From NCBI RefSeq assembly GCF_018977255.1, contig NW_024704742.1, positions 53,570,001 through 53,634,000 of the forward strand: a stretch of DNA of 64,000 nucleotides. Reading direction: 5' to 3'. This document shows positions 13,190 through 25,165 of this stretch, piece after piece (the first letter of the stretch is position 1; every line of letters begins with the position of its first letter). Under the pieces are notes generated by a model that was given only the letters and a program-made list of their open reading frames with translations, was not told where the DNA came from and ran no database searches. This DNA comes from Callorhinchus milii (lineage: Eukaryota). A program made the position numbers and the translations under genes.

Positions 13190-13470
13190 ACCCCAAAAAT
13201 ATACAGTGAATCCAGTTTACAATATAAGCTGTGAAGCGCTTTGAGACGTCTCAACGAGGCGATAAAGCGATATATCAAATACAAGGATTATATTCAAGAC
13301 TGAGATAGATAGATTTCTTATTGCAAAAGGGATTAAGGGATACGGGGATAAGGCAGGGTCAGGTTATTAGCTGGAGTTAGATTAGAAGATCAGCCATGAT
13401 TGAATAGCGGGGGCTCGAGGGGCGAATGGCCTACTCCTGCTCCTACATGTTATGTTATGTTATGTTATTA
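13190..13470 (+). mobile_element. SINE 3' tail followed by a CR1 3' end with (ATGTT)n tail
   Basis: ctgtgaagcgctttgagacgtc tail, then ttcaagactgagatagatagatttc...gggcgaatggcctactcctgctcct(atgtt)n. Confidence 0.75.
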
Positions 13471-14146
13471 TTATCTTTCTATATTCACATGCCAATAGAA
13501 TTATTTGAATAATAAGCACTGCCAGTCCTGGCCAGGTTGCTTTAGCCAAAATCTCCATCTTACTTTGTTGATAAAGTTACTGTTTAAAGACACAAAATAT
13601 TGTTGTGACAAATGAGATGAAATTTATGCCATATTTAAGATGGTCATTCAAATGAATCTTTATATTCTGAAGGGAAATTCTAAATGTGAAGGCTGGCAAG
13701 CCTTAATTTTTTTAAAAAAATCTGCACCATCAGATCCAAAAGATTGGCCCACTGTTTATTCAACAGTATAAATTGAGCATGAATATTTATATTGCTTCCC
13801 TATCCTGTGCTTCACACTTAAATGTTTGAAACAAAATCTTGTCAGAAATACTTGAATATTTTTATATACAACAAATGTATCATACAGCAGCTAGGATTGC
13901 CAGTGTCATTTGGGAAGAAAAGATTTACAACAGAATTTTATGCATAATTTACATTTTTGATTTATTTCCATACTTTTGACACTCTGTTTAAAGCTTGGAT
14001 TTTTCTCCAACAAGAATAATTTGGTGAGGAAAACAGCAGATAACTGCTCTGTGAAAATATCAAAATGCTCACTCCACATTAACATTTCAAACAATGGGTG
14101 TGTAGAAATTATACTCTATAATTATACTTGTGTAGATTTATTCTAC

Positions 14147-14730
14147 AACAACAATAACTTGCACTTATATAGCGCCCTCCACGATGGGCGGTGTCTCAGA
14201 GCGCTTAACTTAGCAACAGCAACTTGCATTAATATTGTACCTTTCACAGGGGGCAGCATCTTAGAGCTCTTAACAGTGGAGGAGCCCGAATGCTGACCCG
14301 AGCGGGAAGTGACCATAAGCATGGTTGAAGAAGAAGGTCTTCTGTCGTGATCTAAAAGAGGGGGAGGAGGGGCAAGGCAGAAGGATTGGGGAAAAGAGTT
14401 CCAAAACTTTGGGGAGTTGTGGCTGAAAGCCCGGCCAATGGTGGAGCTGAGGAGACGAGGGACAAGCAGGATGCCAGAGCCAGCCGAGCGAAGGCAGTGG
14501 GTAGTGGAGTGGGGAGAAAGGAGGGAGGTGCCAGGGCGTGAAGGGATTTGCAGATGAGTGAGAGGATCTTGAAATCGATCTGTTCTGTGTTAGGGAGCCA
14601 GTGGAGGCTGGAGAGCACTGGTTTAATGGGGCTACTGAGTTTAGTGTGGGTAAGAATACGGGCAACGGAGTTCTGAATCAGTTGTAGCTTGTTGATAGTG
14701 GAGCTGGGGAGACCAGCAAAGAGAGCATTT
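14147..14730 (-). mobile_element. L2 LINE 3' fragment with doubled tail
   Basis: ORF 14352-14618 LSSLHWLPNTEQIDFKILSLICKSLHALAP; two acaac..cttgca tails at ~14147 and ~14215. Confidence 0.85.
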
Positions 14731-16164
14731 CAGAGCACCCAGAAATTGTCAATTTCTTAAACACGGTCTTTAATTTTGAAGTCAGTAAGTTTCTTTTAAG
14801 AAATAGAGATATAAGCTTCAAAGTTAAAACCTAATTCAACAATGTCAAATTCTACACACTCTAAAAGGCTACAGAAATAAACTAAATTTAGACCCAAGTG
14901 AAATTTCTACCCAACATTTTACGTTAATCATTAATGGTAATCAAAAAATGATTCATAATAATAATAATGATATTCCTTACATTTCATAGAGGGCTTTTCA
15001 CGTTGGGTAAACGTTTCAATGCGTTTCACAGGATATACTGTAAAGTGGAGACACTGGTAGCAGGCAAATACTATTAAGGTGCTATTTTCAGCACTCACTT
15101 TAAGATCGATTTCAAAATAATATTGTATTTGTGTTAAAAATAATAGCTGCTGTAAAAATGACATAAAAGTTACACAAAGTAATTGTAAACAAAGAAAACT
15201 TCATAAAATGATTGCTCCCTTTTTGAGCAATTGGTGCCCATACTATTTACTTTAATATATTTAAATGAATTTCTCTGCCTTTGTTACTCAGTGCCTAATT
15301 TATACAATGCTGCTTGTGGGAATTCACTGTGAAACTCACACAGAATCAATGTAAAAACACGATGTTGGTGCTTTGCCAGTTTTTGTTACAACTGTTGGTT
15401 TATTATCATTTAACCATATCAGGCTATGACAGCCATTATATTCATCCTGGCCAACAATCCTCAAATAAAATTAACAACGTAAATTAACACATCTAACACC
15501 GGATTGGAGTGTCATTTTAGATTATCAATGTGAAGTTCTGACATAGGATTGAACCTACAAACTTCAGACCTGAACTGACAAAACATTGGCAATCGTCCAT
15601 GCTTCGATGTTTAATTGGCTGAAAGATGATCCTATGGTGGTATTTTACAATCAATTGAAACCCAAAATTTTATTCATAGTTAATCCCACCTCCAAAATGG
15701 AAGGTAGGAGAAAACATAAAGGTCTAGATGTACTTCTTATTGCAAAAAAAATCACTTACTCATCCTAAGGAAACAATGAACAATATCACGAATGTGTCTG
15801 CATCTTTGTGATGGGGTTTTGCAACCGTTGATCTAGTTGGTAATATCCTAGGCCAATGGAGAAATGTGGAAATATTTGCCAAAAATTGTGGGGAAATTTG
15901 ACACGTTTTGCAGTAAATTGCGAGGGTTGGTTGGTGCTATTGAGGTACATTTTACTGCCAATCCAAAAACTAAAGATGAGGAAATAACACATATTAGATT
16001 GTTGCAAAAAATATTAATTTCTATTCTTCTTTAACAAAAACTGGGTGGCCCATTTACGGTGGAGGAGACTCTTGCGCAGGCCCAAAGGGCCTGGAGATCC
16101 ACCAAAAAACACTCAGGAGCGGGCTACAAGAGCTCACAACCCCCTGCCTCTCAGGACCCAGCAC

Positions 16165-16600
16165 CACACACAAACACAGAGACCCAGAGTCAGACACACA
16201 CAGACACAGAGACAGAGACCCAGAGAGAGACACACACACACAGACAGAGATACAGAGAGAGACACACACAGACACAGAGACCGAGACCGAGACACACACA
16301 CATAGACACAAACAGAGACACAGAGAGAGACACACACAGACACAAAGAGACATACACACACACACAGACAGAGGAGAGAGAGACACAGACATACACCCAT
16401 ACAGGCAGTCACAAACTCATACAGAAGAGAGACACACACACACACACACATAAAGAAATAAACACACAGACACACTCATATAGAGACACTGACATAGAGC
16501 CACTCACAAACACACACAGACACACTCACACAGAGACACTCACAAACACACACAGACACACTCACAATCATACATACAGAGTGGAGACACACAGACAATC
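16165..16600. repeat. Compound (CA)n/(GA)n microsatellite
   Basis: About 435 bp of interleaved ca/ga dinucleotide units; it explains the overlapping low-complexity ORFs. Confidence 0.95.
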
Positions 16601-16604
16601 ACAA

Positions 16605-16830
16605 CAGCGAAGCTTCCGTGTGGAGCGAAGACTATTTTCCGCTTGCGCCACACCGCTTATATGAGTCTGGAGCTGCTCCGCCCACAGTAACTTCGGATAA
16701 ACAGCGCGAGAGGCCTGAGACTGAAACTACATTTTTTAGAGCGGAGGGTGATGTTTTCAGTGGATTCCGCGCAAACATTGTGGCTGCACTTTTCTATTGG
16801 CCCAAGAATATCCCAGTGCAACCACAGTCA
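16605..16830. promoter_or_regulatory. Small CpG-rich promoter-like region
   Basis: 13 CpGs counted in 16601-16780 against a CpG-depleted background, with no repeat similarity I recognise. Motifs: cttccg (ETS-like), ttttccgc (E2F-like), ctccgccc (GC box), aactaca, attgg (reverse CCAAT). Confidence 0.5.
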
Positions 16831-17379
16831 TTAATGTGCTGCTTTGTAAGACACATTTGGATTCATTGAGCATATAACGAGCACTTGAAGGAGAGGTCAT
16901 GCAAGAGACTCAGCTATTTTAAAAGGAACAAATTACTGACAGCAGACAATCCTGCTGGGACCAAGGGAATGTCATCTGTGGAATACAACTGGTCAGAATG
17001 AATAACATAAGACTGTAATCTTAGGTTGATATCCTGGAGTTTTCTCTCAATTATCTTTACTGATCTATCATCCAACCAAGTATTCCCTGTGGCTACTCAG
17101 CTTCCTCAACAGACTATCAATAACCGGGAATATTCAATGACAGTGTGAATTGTGAATGATCATCTATGAGGTTCTTGATAAGCGTTTGTATAAAATTCTG
17201 TGAATCAACCTGATGCACTTACATTTATCGGAAGAAGTCTCCAATTGTGTAACTTGGATTCTTTATTAAGGAATTACATTACAAATCCTTCATTTTAGAA
17301 CCTTTTTTTTGTGGTCAGATTCAACACCACTAATCTATGGAGTTCCCTCCCTCTGTTCTCGCCTCCACCCCCATCACAT

Positions 17380-17750
17380 TTTGGTTCAATTGGTTACATT
17401 CTTACCTCTGAGTCAAAAGGTTGTATATTTAAGCCCCACATTGGGACTTGGAATTGATATGGTCTAAGCTACAGCAATAGGTTGGATTTATATAGCATGC
17501 TTTTATGGAATAGCATCTCAGAGTACTTACCTAACGCTCAAATGCAATGCTGGGGATGTGCTGCTTCATTGGAGAGTCCGTCCTTCAGATGAGACGTTAA
17601 ACCAAGGCAATGTTTGCCTGTTCAGATAGATGTTAAATATCCTGTGGCATTATTCATAAAGAGAAGGGAGTTTCCCACGTTGTTCTGACAAACAATTCCC
17701 CAAATAAACTTTCATTTATTTCATGGCTGTTGGTGGGACACTGCTGTGAT
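17380..17750 (+). mobile_element. Old Deu-domain SINE (with a small internal insertion)
   Basis: cctctgagtcaaaaggttgt head; gatgagacgttaaaccaagg..tgcctgttcagatagatgttaaatatcctgtggcattatt core. Confidence 0.75.
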
Positions 17751-17934
17751 TTTTTTTTCTTCCCCATTTTCATATCATTCATGTGCCTTTGGCTATAGTC
17801 TTCTGACACTGCTCCTTCTGCACTCAACAGGTCAAATGCCATAGTTTGTATATTAGTGGTTACTCTCCATTTGATTTTTCTAACTTAATGATAATATTCC
17901 TTGCATTTGATATCATGACTTACTACGTTATTGA

Positions 17935-18122
17935 GACAACAACAACAAATTACATTTGAATAGCGCCTTTCACGTCAGGAGGACGTCCAAAGATGCTGGA
18001 CAGTCAGGGATCCGCCCCCGAGATGGTGGTTGGGATCAGGAGGGGTGGAGGGTGGGGAGAGTAGGGGTAGGAGGGTGACTGAAGGCACGGTTAAAGAGGG
18101 TCTTGAGACGGGTCTTGAAGGA
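17935..18122 (-). mobile_element. L2 3' tail fragment
   Basis: (CAA)n, gcgcctttcacgtcaggaggacgtcc stem-loop, G-rich reverse 3' UTR, gggtcttgagacgggtcttgaagg. Confidence 0.8.
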
Positions 18123-18524
18123 AACATCTCAAACCGTATACGTAAAAGTGGATTGACTGCGTATTTGTGGGCAAAACGCGGCAGCCAATTGCGCACACCA
18201 TTATCCCATAAACAATTGAGTGACCAAATTACTATTTTTAAAAAAAGTTTAAGGCATTATTACCCCCAGAAAGTGATCCACCAATCGACTAACAATTGGA
18301 TTCCTACTGACTAATAATCATGTGGTGAATAATCAGTTTTATCTGAAGGATTGATCAGCGAAAAACTCCTTTCTCTTTCTGAACTGTATCACGGGATCTC
18401 AAAGAAACAGTTGGGGCTTTATTATAATGTTTCCTGTGAATTATGACACCTTTGATGATGCAGTGCTCCTCAATATTACGTTAGACTGTCAGTTTAGACT
18501 ATGAGCTCAAGCCTTGATAATAAT

Positions 18525-18850
18525 AGTAATAATAATAATAATAATAATCCTTGCATTTGATATAGTGCTTTTCAAGTCTTCTCGACATCTCAAAGCGCTT
18601 CACAGAATAGACTGTAAAGTGAATTGACTGTATATTTGTGGGCAAAACGTGGCAGCCAATTGTACACAGCAGTGTCCCACAAACAGTCGTGGATTGAAAA
18701 TGACCAATTTATTATTGTTTTGTTTTGGAGGGATTATTATTAGGCGTGTGGAGTAAGAAAACTTGCCCAAGGTTTCGCCCTGCCTGGAATTGAACCCAGG
18801 TGTCTCCCTTGCAAGGCGAGTGCTCTAACCACTGAGCTACAGGTCTCCAC
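18525..18850 (-). mobile_element. tRNA/CORE/Deu SINE, short subfamily, full length
   Basis: Reverse complement of the consensus from (TAA)n tail to ctccac. Confidence 0.95.
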
Positions 18851-18852
18851 AG

Positions 18853-19138
18853 GTGGAGTGAAACCTTAGGCAAGTTTCCTTACTCCACACACCTCAGTTT
18901 CCCTAGCAGTAAGTAGGAATGTGTTTGTTAGACAATTGGCGGATTGCTTTCCAGGGGTAATAATCGCTCAAAAAAAAATTTGGGTCAGCTAATTCACGAC
19001 TGTTTGTGGGGCATTGTTGTGCACAATTGATTGCCACAAAATATAGTGAATTCACTTTACAGTATGTTCTGTGACGCGCTTTGAGACGCCTCAAATACGT
19101 GATAATGTGCTATATCAAATGCAAGGATTATTATTATT
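18853..19138 (+). mobile_element. Long-subfamily SINE lacking its tRNA module
   Basis: gtggagt joined directly to gaaaccttaggcaagtttcc; CORE-like cctcagtttccc, body and tail present. Confidence 0.85.
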
Positions 19139-20720
19139 GTAACCCCATTTACGGAGCTCTTCAACAGATTCATATTGAAGGACTTAAAATATATTTGATG
19201 TAGAATTGACACTTTCTTGTCGCTTGGATGATGAAAATTTTCATGTTAATTTGAGCTTCTGCCCGTCATGCTCCTGACATTTGCTGCTTCTCTCCTTCAT
19301 AAGTACACTGCTGTTGCTAGGCAGCCTGGTCCATTGAGTTTGTGATTATTGGAGGTTAACGCACTTGAAGAACAACACTTTCATATTTCTCATGTCCTTG
19401 AGGTTGCATTGTCTCAAACAATAATGAAAGTTATGCATTAAAGTGGTTCTGAATTGGACTGTAATGAAATATTCAACCTTGCATGGAAGCCAATTTTGGT
19501 TTGCATATAGATTAACAGTAGCAGTGTTGGGCAATAAGAGTGGTATTGCTTACATAGAATTTACATACAATTTACAGCACGAAAACAAGCTATTCAATCC
19601 AACCAGTGCATGTCAACACACTTGAGGAGTTAGATTCCCTGTCCTGGGTATTTGTGATGATGAGCCTTCACTTTGTGCACCTGTAGTGCTTTTTTGGATT
19701 GGTAGCCGGTCTGACACATGCTGAAACCTATCACCATGCTTAAGAATATCTAAACTAGAGTCCTACATATGCATACCATCCACATACCATCCCTGTATCT
19801 ATTTGCTGATATTCTACAGAGAGCTGAGGCAGTTCTATAGAGTTCTAAACACAATTTCAAAGGGCATTTAATATAAGATATGGCAGAAACTAAACTCTAT
19901 AATGTTAGGCTACATCATAATATTGAACATGACAAATGTTTTCATTGTTTTTTTGGTAAATACTTCTGATATCATAGCCCTTCCTTCTGACAATCAGAAA
20001 GAAAAGTTATATGGCATTTACACATGGACATTTTCTTTGGCTGGATTTGGAATGTGCACTCTCCTTATCTCATCCCAGCAGAGATAAACGTCTTTCTCTT
20101 ATTGAATAATGTCATGAGATCCTTAACATCCACCTGGACAGGTAGAATGGAACTTGGTTCAATGTCTCATCTGAAGCATTGCACCTCCGACGAATCAGCA
20201 AACTCACAGCACTGCACTGAAATGTCAGTTAGACTATATGGCTACACATCACTCACTTTTGTCACCTATGTGGAAATGCAGATTAGATTTTTTAGATACA
20301 TTCTGTGCCCATTTATTTCATATGCTTATACATTTTAGAGGGATAAGCAGGGTCTCCATGGGGTTGAACTGGCTCCAAGGTGACAATGGAATGTCAGAAT
20401 TGAGTCAAACCTCGGTGGCGATCGTGGCGGTAGGTCTTAGAGGGGCAAAAATTCTTCTCACTCAGTTCCTATCACTACAAGACAAAGCCCTAATAGGTAG
20501 AGTAATCAAGTTCCCAATGTGGGGCTCAAAACCATAATCCTGCAACCTGGTTCAGCTGGGAACACTGACACCTCTGAGTCAGAAGGTCCTGGATTTAAAC
20601 CCCGTGTCACTCATTGAATCTCATGTAGTCTAGGCTAACACTCCAGTAGCTGATTGGGGGTATTCTGGGTTGTTGGACACATCATCTTTTGAATTAGACA
20701 TTAAACCAAGACCCCACCTG

Positions 20721-22560
20721 CCCAATCCCACCCCTTGCTGCATCTTCACTATCCCCTCTGACCTCCTACTCTCTGATCCCGAATGATCCGTCCTCAGTAA
20801 AGGGCTCAGATTCACTCCCTTCCACTCCTACCTCAATGAGTTTCGATCCTGGCATAATGCTGAGCTCTTCTTCTGTCGTCTCTGCCTCCGCGCCCACTTT
20901 TTTGGCCAGGAGGCCTCCCCCCGCACATCGGACCACTTCTACTGCCTTCAGGAGTCCCATTCCACTTGGACCCTGCCACCAGGTCCCCAACCCTCCACCA
21001 ACCCCCCCACCCCACCCCCCCCCACACCCGAATGTGTTCATTGGAAATTGTCGGCGTGACATCAGCCATGTCTGCTTCTCCACTCCCCTCTCCCATTCAA
21101 ATATTTCTCCTTCTGAACGTGCTGCACTCCACTCTCTCAGGACCAATCCTGACATTATTGGCAAACCCGCTGACAAGGGAAACGCTGTAATCATCTGGCA
21201 AAAGGACCTCTACCTGGCAGAGGCTGAATGCCAACTCTCTGACAACTCCTCCTAACTCCCCTGGACCATGACCCCACAACTGAACACCAAGCCATCATCA
21301 CTGAGACAGTCAATGACCTCATCTCCTCTGGGGAGCTTCCTCTCACAGTCTCCAACCTCATAGAACCCCAGCCATGCAGAGCCTGCCTCCACCTCCGCCC
21401 CAAGATCCACAAACAGGACTGTGCCTGGAGACCTATTGTTTCAGCCTTTTCCTGCCCCACTGAACTGATCTCCTCATATCTGGACTCCATTTTTACTCCT
21501 CTTGTCCAGGCCCCACCAACCTACATGCATGACTCTTCTGATGCCCTCCACCACTTCAACAATTTCCTGTTTCCTGGCCCTGACTGTCTCCTATTTACAA
21601 TGGACGTTCAGTCCCTCTACACCTCCATCCCCCACAAGGGTGACCTGCAGGCCCTCCGCGTCAACTTCGAACAGTGGTCTAACCAGTCTCCATCCACCAC
21701 CACCCTCGTCCGCCTGGCTGAACTTGTTCTGACATTGAACAATTTCACCTTCAACTCCAACCACTTCCTCCAAGTAAATGGTGTTGCTATGGGAACTCGC
21801 ATGGGTCCCAGCTACGCCTTTCTGTTTGTTGGCCACCTGGCACTCAGGTCCGGGCCTACTCAGGTCCACTCCCTGACCTGTTCCTCATATTCATTGACAG
21901 TGAGTGAGCAGTGAGCTGGAAAAATTCATCAATTTCGCTTCCATCTTCCACCCCTCCATAACATTCACGTGCTCCAACTCTTCCCTTCGCTTCCTCACTT
22001 CACCATTTCCATCTCGGGGCATAGATTTTCATCAACCAAGGATTCCTATCCACTGCGGTAGGCAGTGACCTTGACCATGTCCGCATTATTTATCGCACTT
22101 CTGCCCTCCCCGCTTCCCCCTCTTCCCAGAACTGTGATATGGTCCTCCTAGTCCTCACCTTCCACCCCACCAGCCTCAACATCCTACAAATAATTCTCCA
22201 CCAATACCGGCACTCAGGTCTTGGCCTATTCAGGTCCACTCCCTGACCTGTTCCTCACATACATTGACAGTGAGTGAGCAGTGAGCTGGAAAAATTCACC
22301 AATTTCGCTTCCATCTTCCACCCCTCCATAACATTCACGTGCTCCGACTCTTCCCTTCCTCGACTTCACCATTTCCATCTCGGGGCATAGATTATCAACA
22401 GATATCTTTTACAAGCCCACTAGCTCCCAAAGTTACCTTGACTACACCTCCACCCACCCCACCTCCTGTAAAGACTCCATTCCTTTTTCCCAGTTCCTCT
22501 GCCTTCGCCGCATCTGCTCTGACGATGCCACCTTTCACACGAGAGCAACTGAAATGTTTC
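20721..22560 (+). mobile_element. Penelope-like element RT region, degenerate and internally rearranged, no GIY-YIG domain seen
   Basis: LSDPE*SVLSKGLRFTP, KPADKGNAVIIW, PKIHK...RPIVS, TMDVQSLYTSIPH, GVAMGTRMGPSYA.LF.G and YLDYTS.HP.SCK.SIPFSQF motifs; stops and frameshifts present. Confidence 0.9.
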
Positions 22561-22948
22561 CTGGCCAACAATCCCCCAAATGAAATTGCTTACCCCTTTT
22601 CTATCATGTGGTGTCACCATAACAAACTGTCTCAGATTCAGGAAATAGTGAAATGTTGGTTAAAACTCCAAAATCTGGTATGTTAAAACTCTCTAGGAAT
22701 CCATCATTTACATCCTTCTCCCTAATTTCATATAATCTGATATTCTGTTTTTTTCTGAATAAATGTTTTTGTTTTAATTAAACTGTGTCCAGTATTCCAT
22801 CTAATGTCACTATAGAAACTCCAAATCTGTTTTATTTGTTGATGCTTTTCCAAATCAAATGTAAGTTTGCACCAATCAAATAATGTAGACCATATATGCA
22901 AGGCCCGAAGTTTGTCTAACCTCTTTTTGATGTCCAAAGAAACCATTA

Positions 22949-23242
22949 TAGTCCTATAGCTCAGTGGTTAGAGCACTCACCTCACAAGTGAGAGACCTGG
23001 GTTCAATTCCCAGCAGGGCGAAATGTTAGGCAAGTTTCCTTACTCCACACACCTCTGTTTACCTAGCAGTAAGTAGGAACCCAGTTGTTAGTCGATTGGT
23101 AGATCGCTTTTCTGGGGGTAATAATTTCTTCAAAAAATAAAAGATAATAAATTGGTTACTCAATTCACGACTGTTTGTGGGACACTGCTGTGCGCAATTG
23201 GCTGCCGCATTTTGCCCACAAAATATACAGTCAATTCACTTT
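22949..23242 (+). mobile_element. tRNA/CORE/Deu SINE, long subfamily, tail missing
   Basis: Full head and the ~65-nt long-form segment; cut at caattcacttt by the next SINE. Confidence 0.92.
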
Positions 23243-23425
23243 GTGGAGTCCTGTAGCTCAGTGGTTAGAGCACTCGCTTTGCAAGCGAGAGACCTGTGTT
23301 CAATTCCAGGCAGCGCGAAACCTTGGGCAAGTTTCCTTACTCCACACGCCTAATAATAATCCCTCCAAAACCAAAAACAATAATAAATTGGTCATTTTCA
23401 ATCTACGACTGTTTGTGGGACATTC
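23243..23425 (+). mobile_element. Short-subfamily SINE, 5' half
   Basis: gtggagtcctgtagctcag...tctacgactgtttgtgggacatt, then truncated. Confidence 0.9.
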
Positions 23426-23454
23426 CATTCCATTCTTTGTGTGTAAACCCACTT

Positions 23455-23905
23455 AGTCCCCTCCTCTTCAACTTGTACATGCTCCCTCTTGGTGACATTA
23501 TCCACAGACATCGGGTCAACTTCCACATATACGCGGATGACATCCAACTCTATCTCTCTGCCTCCAACCTTGGCTCCAGGACCACTGCTGTTCTGTCAGA
23601 TTTCAAGTCCTGGATGAGAGCTAACTTTCTCCACTTGAACGTCAACAAGACCGAGGCTCTCCTGATTGGCTTCGTCAGCACCTCCACACGTCAGGCACTG
23701 ACAGTATCACTATCCATGGTTGCACGCTCCACTTTTTTAAACCAATCTGAAACCTTGGTGTCTTGTTTGACCCTCAAATGTCCTTTCTACCTCACATCCA
23801 TGCCACGACCTGTTCTGCCTTCCCCCACTTCCACAACATTGCCTGGCTCCATCACTTCCTCTACCCTCAGGCTGCTGAATGCCTCATCCACACATTTATT
23901 ACATC
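23455..23905 (+). mobile_element. L2 RT fragment
   Basis: [33 protein letters not shown]...[20 protein letters not shown]. Confidence 0.92.
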
Positions 23906-25029
23906 TTATTTATTGTTGTTCAATTTGATGCACCAAATATAATCATAATAATCCTTGCATTTGATGCATTTCGTGTTAGGAGGATACCTTAAAACACTTC
24001 ACATTATTTATTGTACAGTGTAGTAACTGTGAATTTTTTGCATGCAGGAATGTCCCACAAATGCTTTGAGCAATTTTATCTGGGGCATTGCTGGCTGGGA
24101 CAACAGGAAAATTTATTTTGCTAAAAGAAGTCAGAGAGACCCAACTTTTAGTCAAGGTCTTAACTGGAACCATTTCATGTATATTCCGGAGAGAAATAGA
24201 TCCTTAATCACTGAGCTTCAAGTAACTTTAGAGATCAGAAGATTTTTTTCAGCAGTGTGGCTGCTTAGGTGCAACAGATTCCAGAGAAAAAAACAATTAA
24301 TGCTATATGGATTAACTCTTTTACAAAAATAATTGAATAAATGCATTTAAGAACATGATTAAAGGTTATACAGATAAGGATTCAAACATTCTGAGTTGCG
24401 CTTGAGTGCTCTTCAGAGTGGGGAAAAATATCTCAAGAGTCTTACTGTTAGTCCTTCACAGGATTTAAATGAGGGATAGAATTCTTGAAAGGGCAAATTG
24501 CATCTGATCCATTGTGGGAACAGGTTCAATGGGTTAAAACAGCCATTACTCATTGCATGCTTTCTTATGTTCTTACACTCGAAGGGATTCATGACTATAA
24601 TTTAAAAATAACTGAAGGTTGTTTTATCAATGGCATTTTAATCATCGTACAGAGGGTCATCATCTCAGCCTTGACTTTATAAAACGCAACAGATAATCCA
24701 TCTGGTCAATGCTGTTTCATTGAAGAAAAGATGCAATACTAGTCTCTAACATTTCATGAAGGACATGTGCAATTTAATCCTCTGCCTGTGAAATAAACTG
24801 AAAAGAGCTAATGCGTCAAAAAACATTGATTTTTCACAATGCAAGGATTACTTTCCAAGTTGTATTGGTTGTGGTAGAACATATAAAGTTCCTGAATAAA
24901 GCAAGTAAGATTACGGATTATCTGTCCTTCAGTCCTTGTTAAAGATCCTATGACATTATTCAAAAAACGAAGAGAGTTTCTCTTGGTGTCTTGCCAACAA
25001 TCCCTGGCCAACAATGCCAGCGATTTGTC

Positions 25030-25165
25030 AAATGATTAATCACTAGGTTCTACTTACTGCTAGGTAAACAGTAAGGAAACTTGCCTAATATTTTGCTCTG
25101 TCCAGGAATCAAACCCAGGTCCTCTCGTTTGCGAGTGTTTTAACCACTACACTATAGGACTCCAC
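25030..25165 (-). mobile_element. Long-subfamily SINE 5' fragment
   Basis: ttctacttactgctaggtaaacag..aaggaaacttgcc..aacccagg..taaccact..taggactccac. Confidence 0.8.

Noticed and set aside
16045..16664. Overlapping ORFs up to 201 aa (THTDTET.../VCVCLS...)
   Set aside because: Translations of the CA/GA microsatellite, which lacks stop codons.
19653..19718. C/D-box snoRNA-like pattern TGTG-ATGATGA...CTGA-CACA
   Set aside because: No C'/D' boxes or rRNA/snRNA-complementary guide that I can recognise; such short motifs are expected by chance. An Rfam/snoscan hit would reverse this.
23296..23928. 210-aa ORF containing YADD as a possible novel RT gene
   Set aside because: Accidental read-through from a SINE fragment into an L2 RT fragment that then frameshifts.
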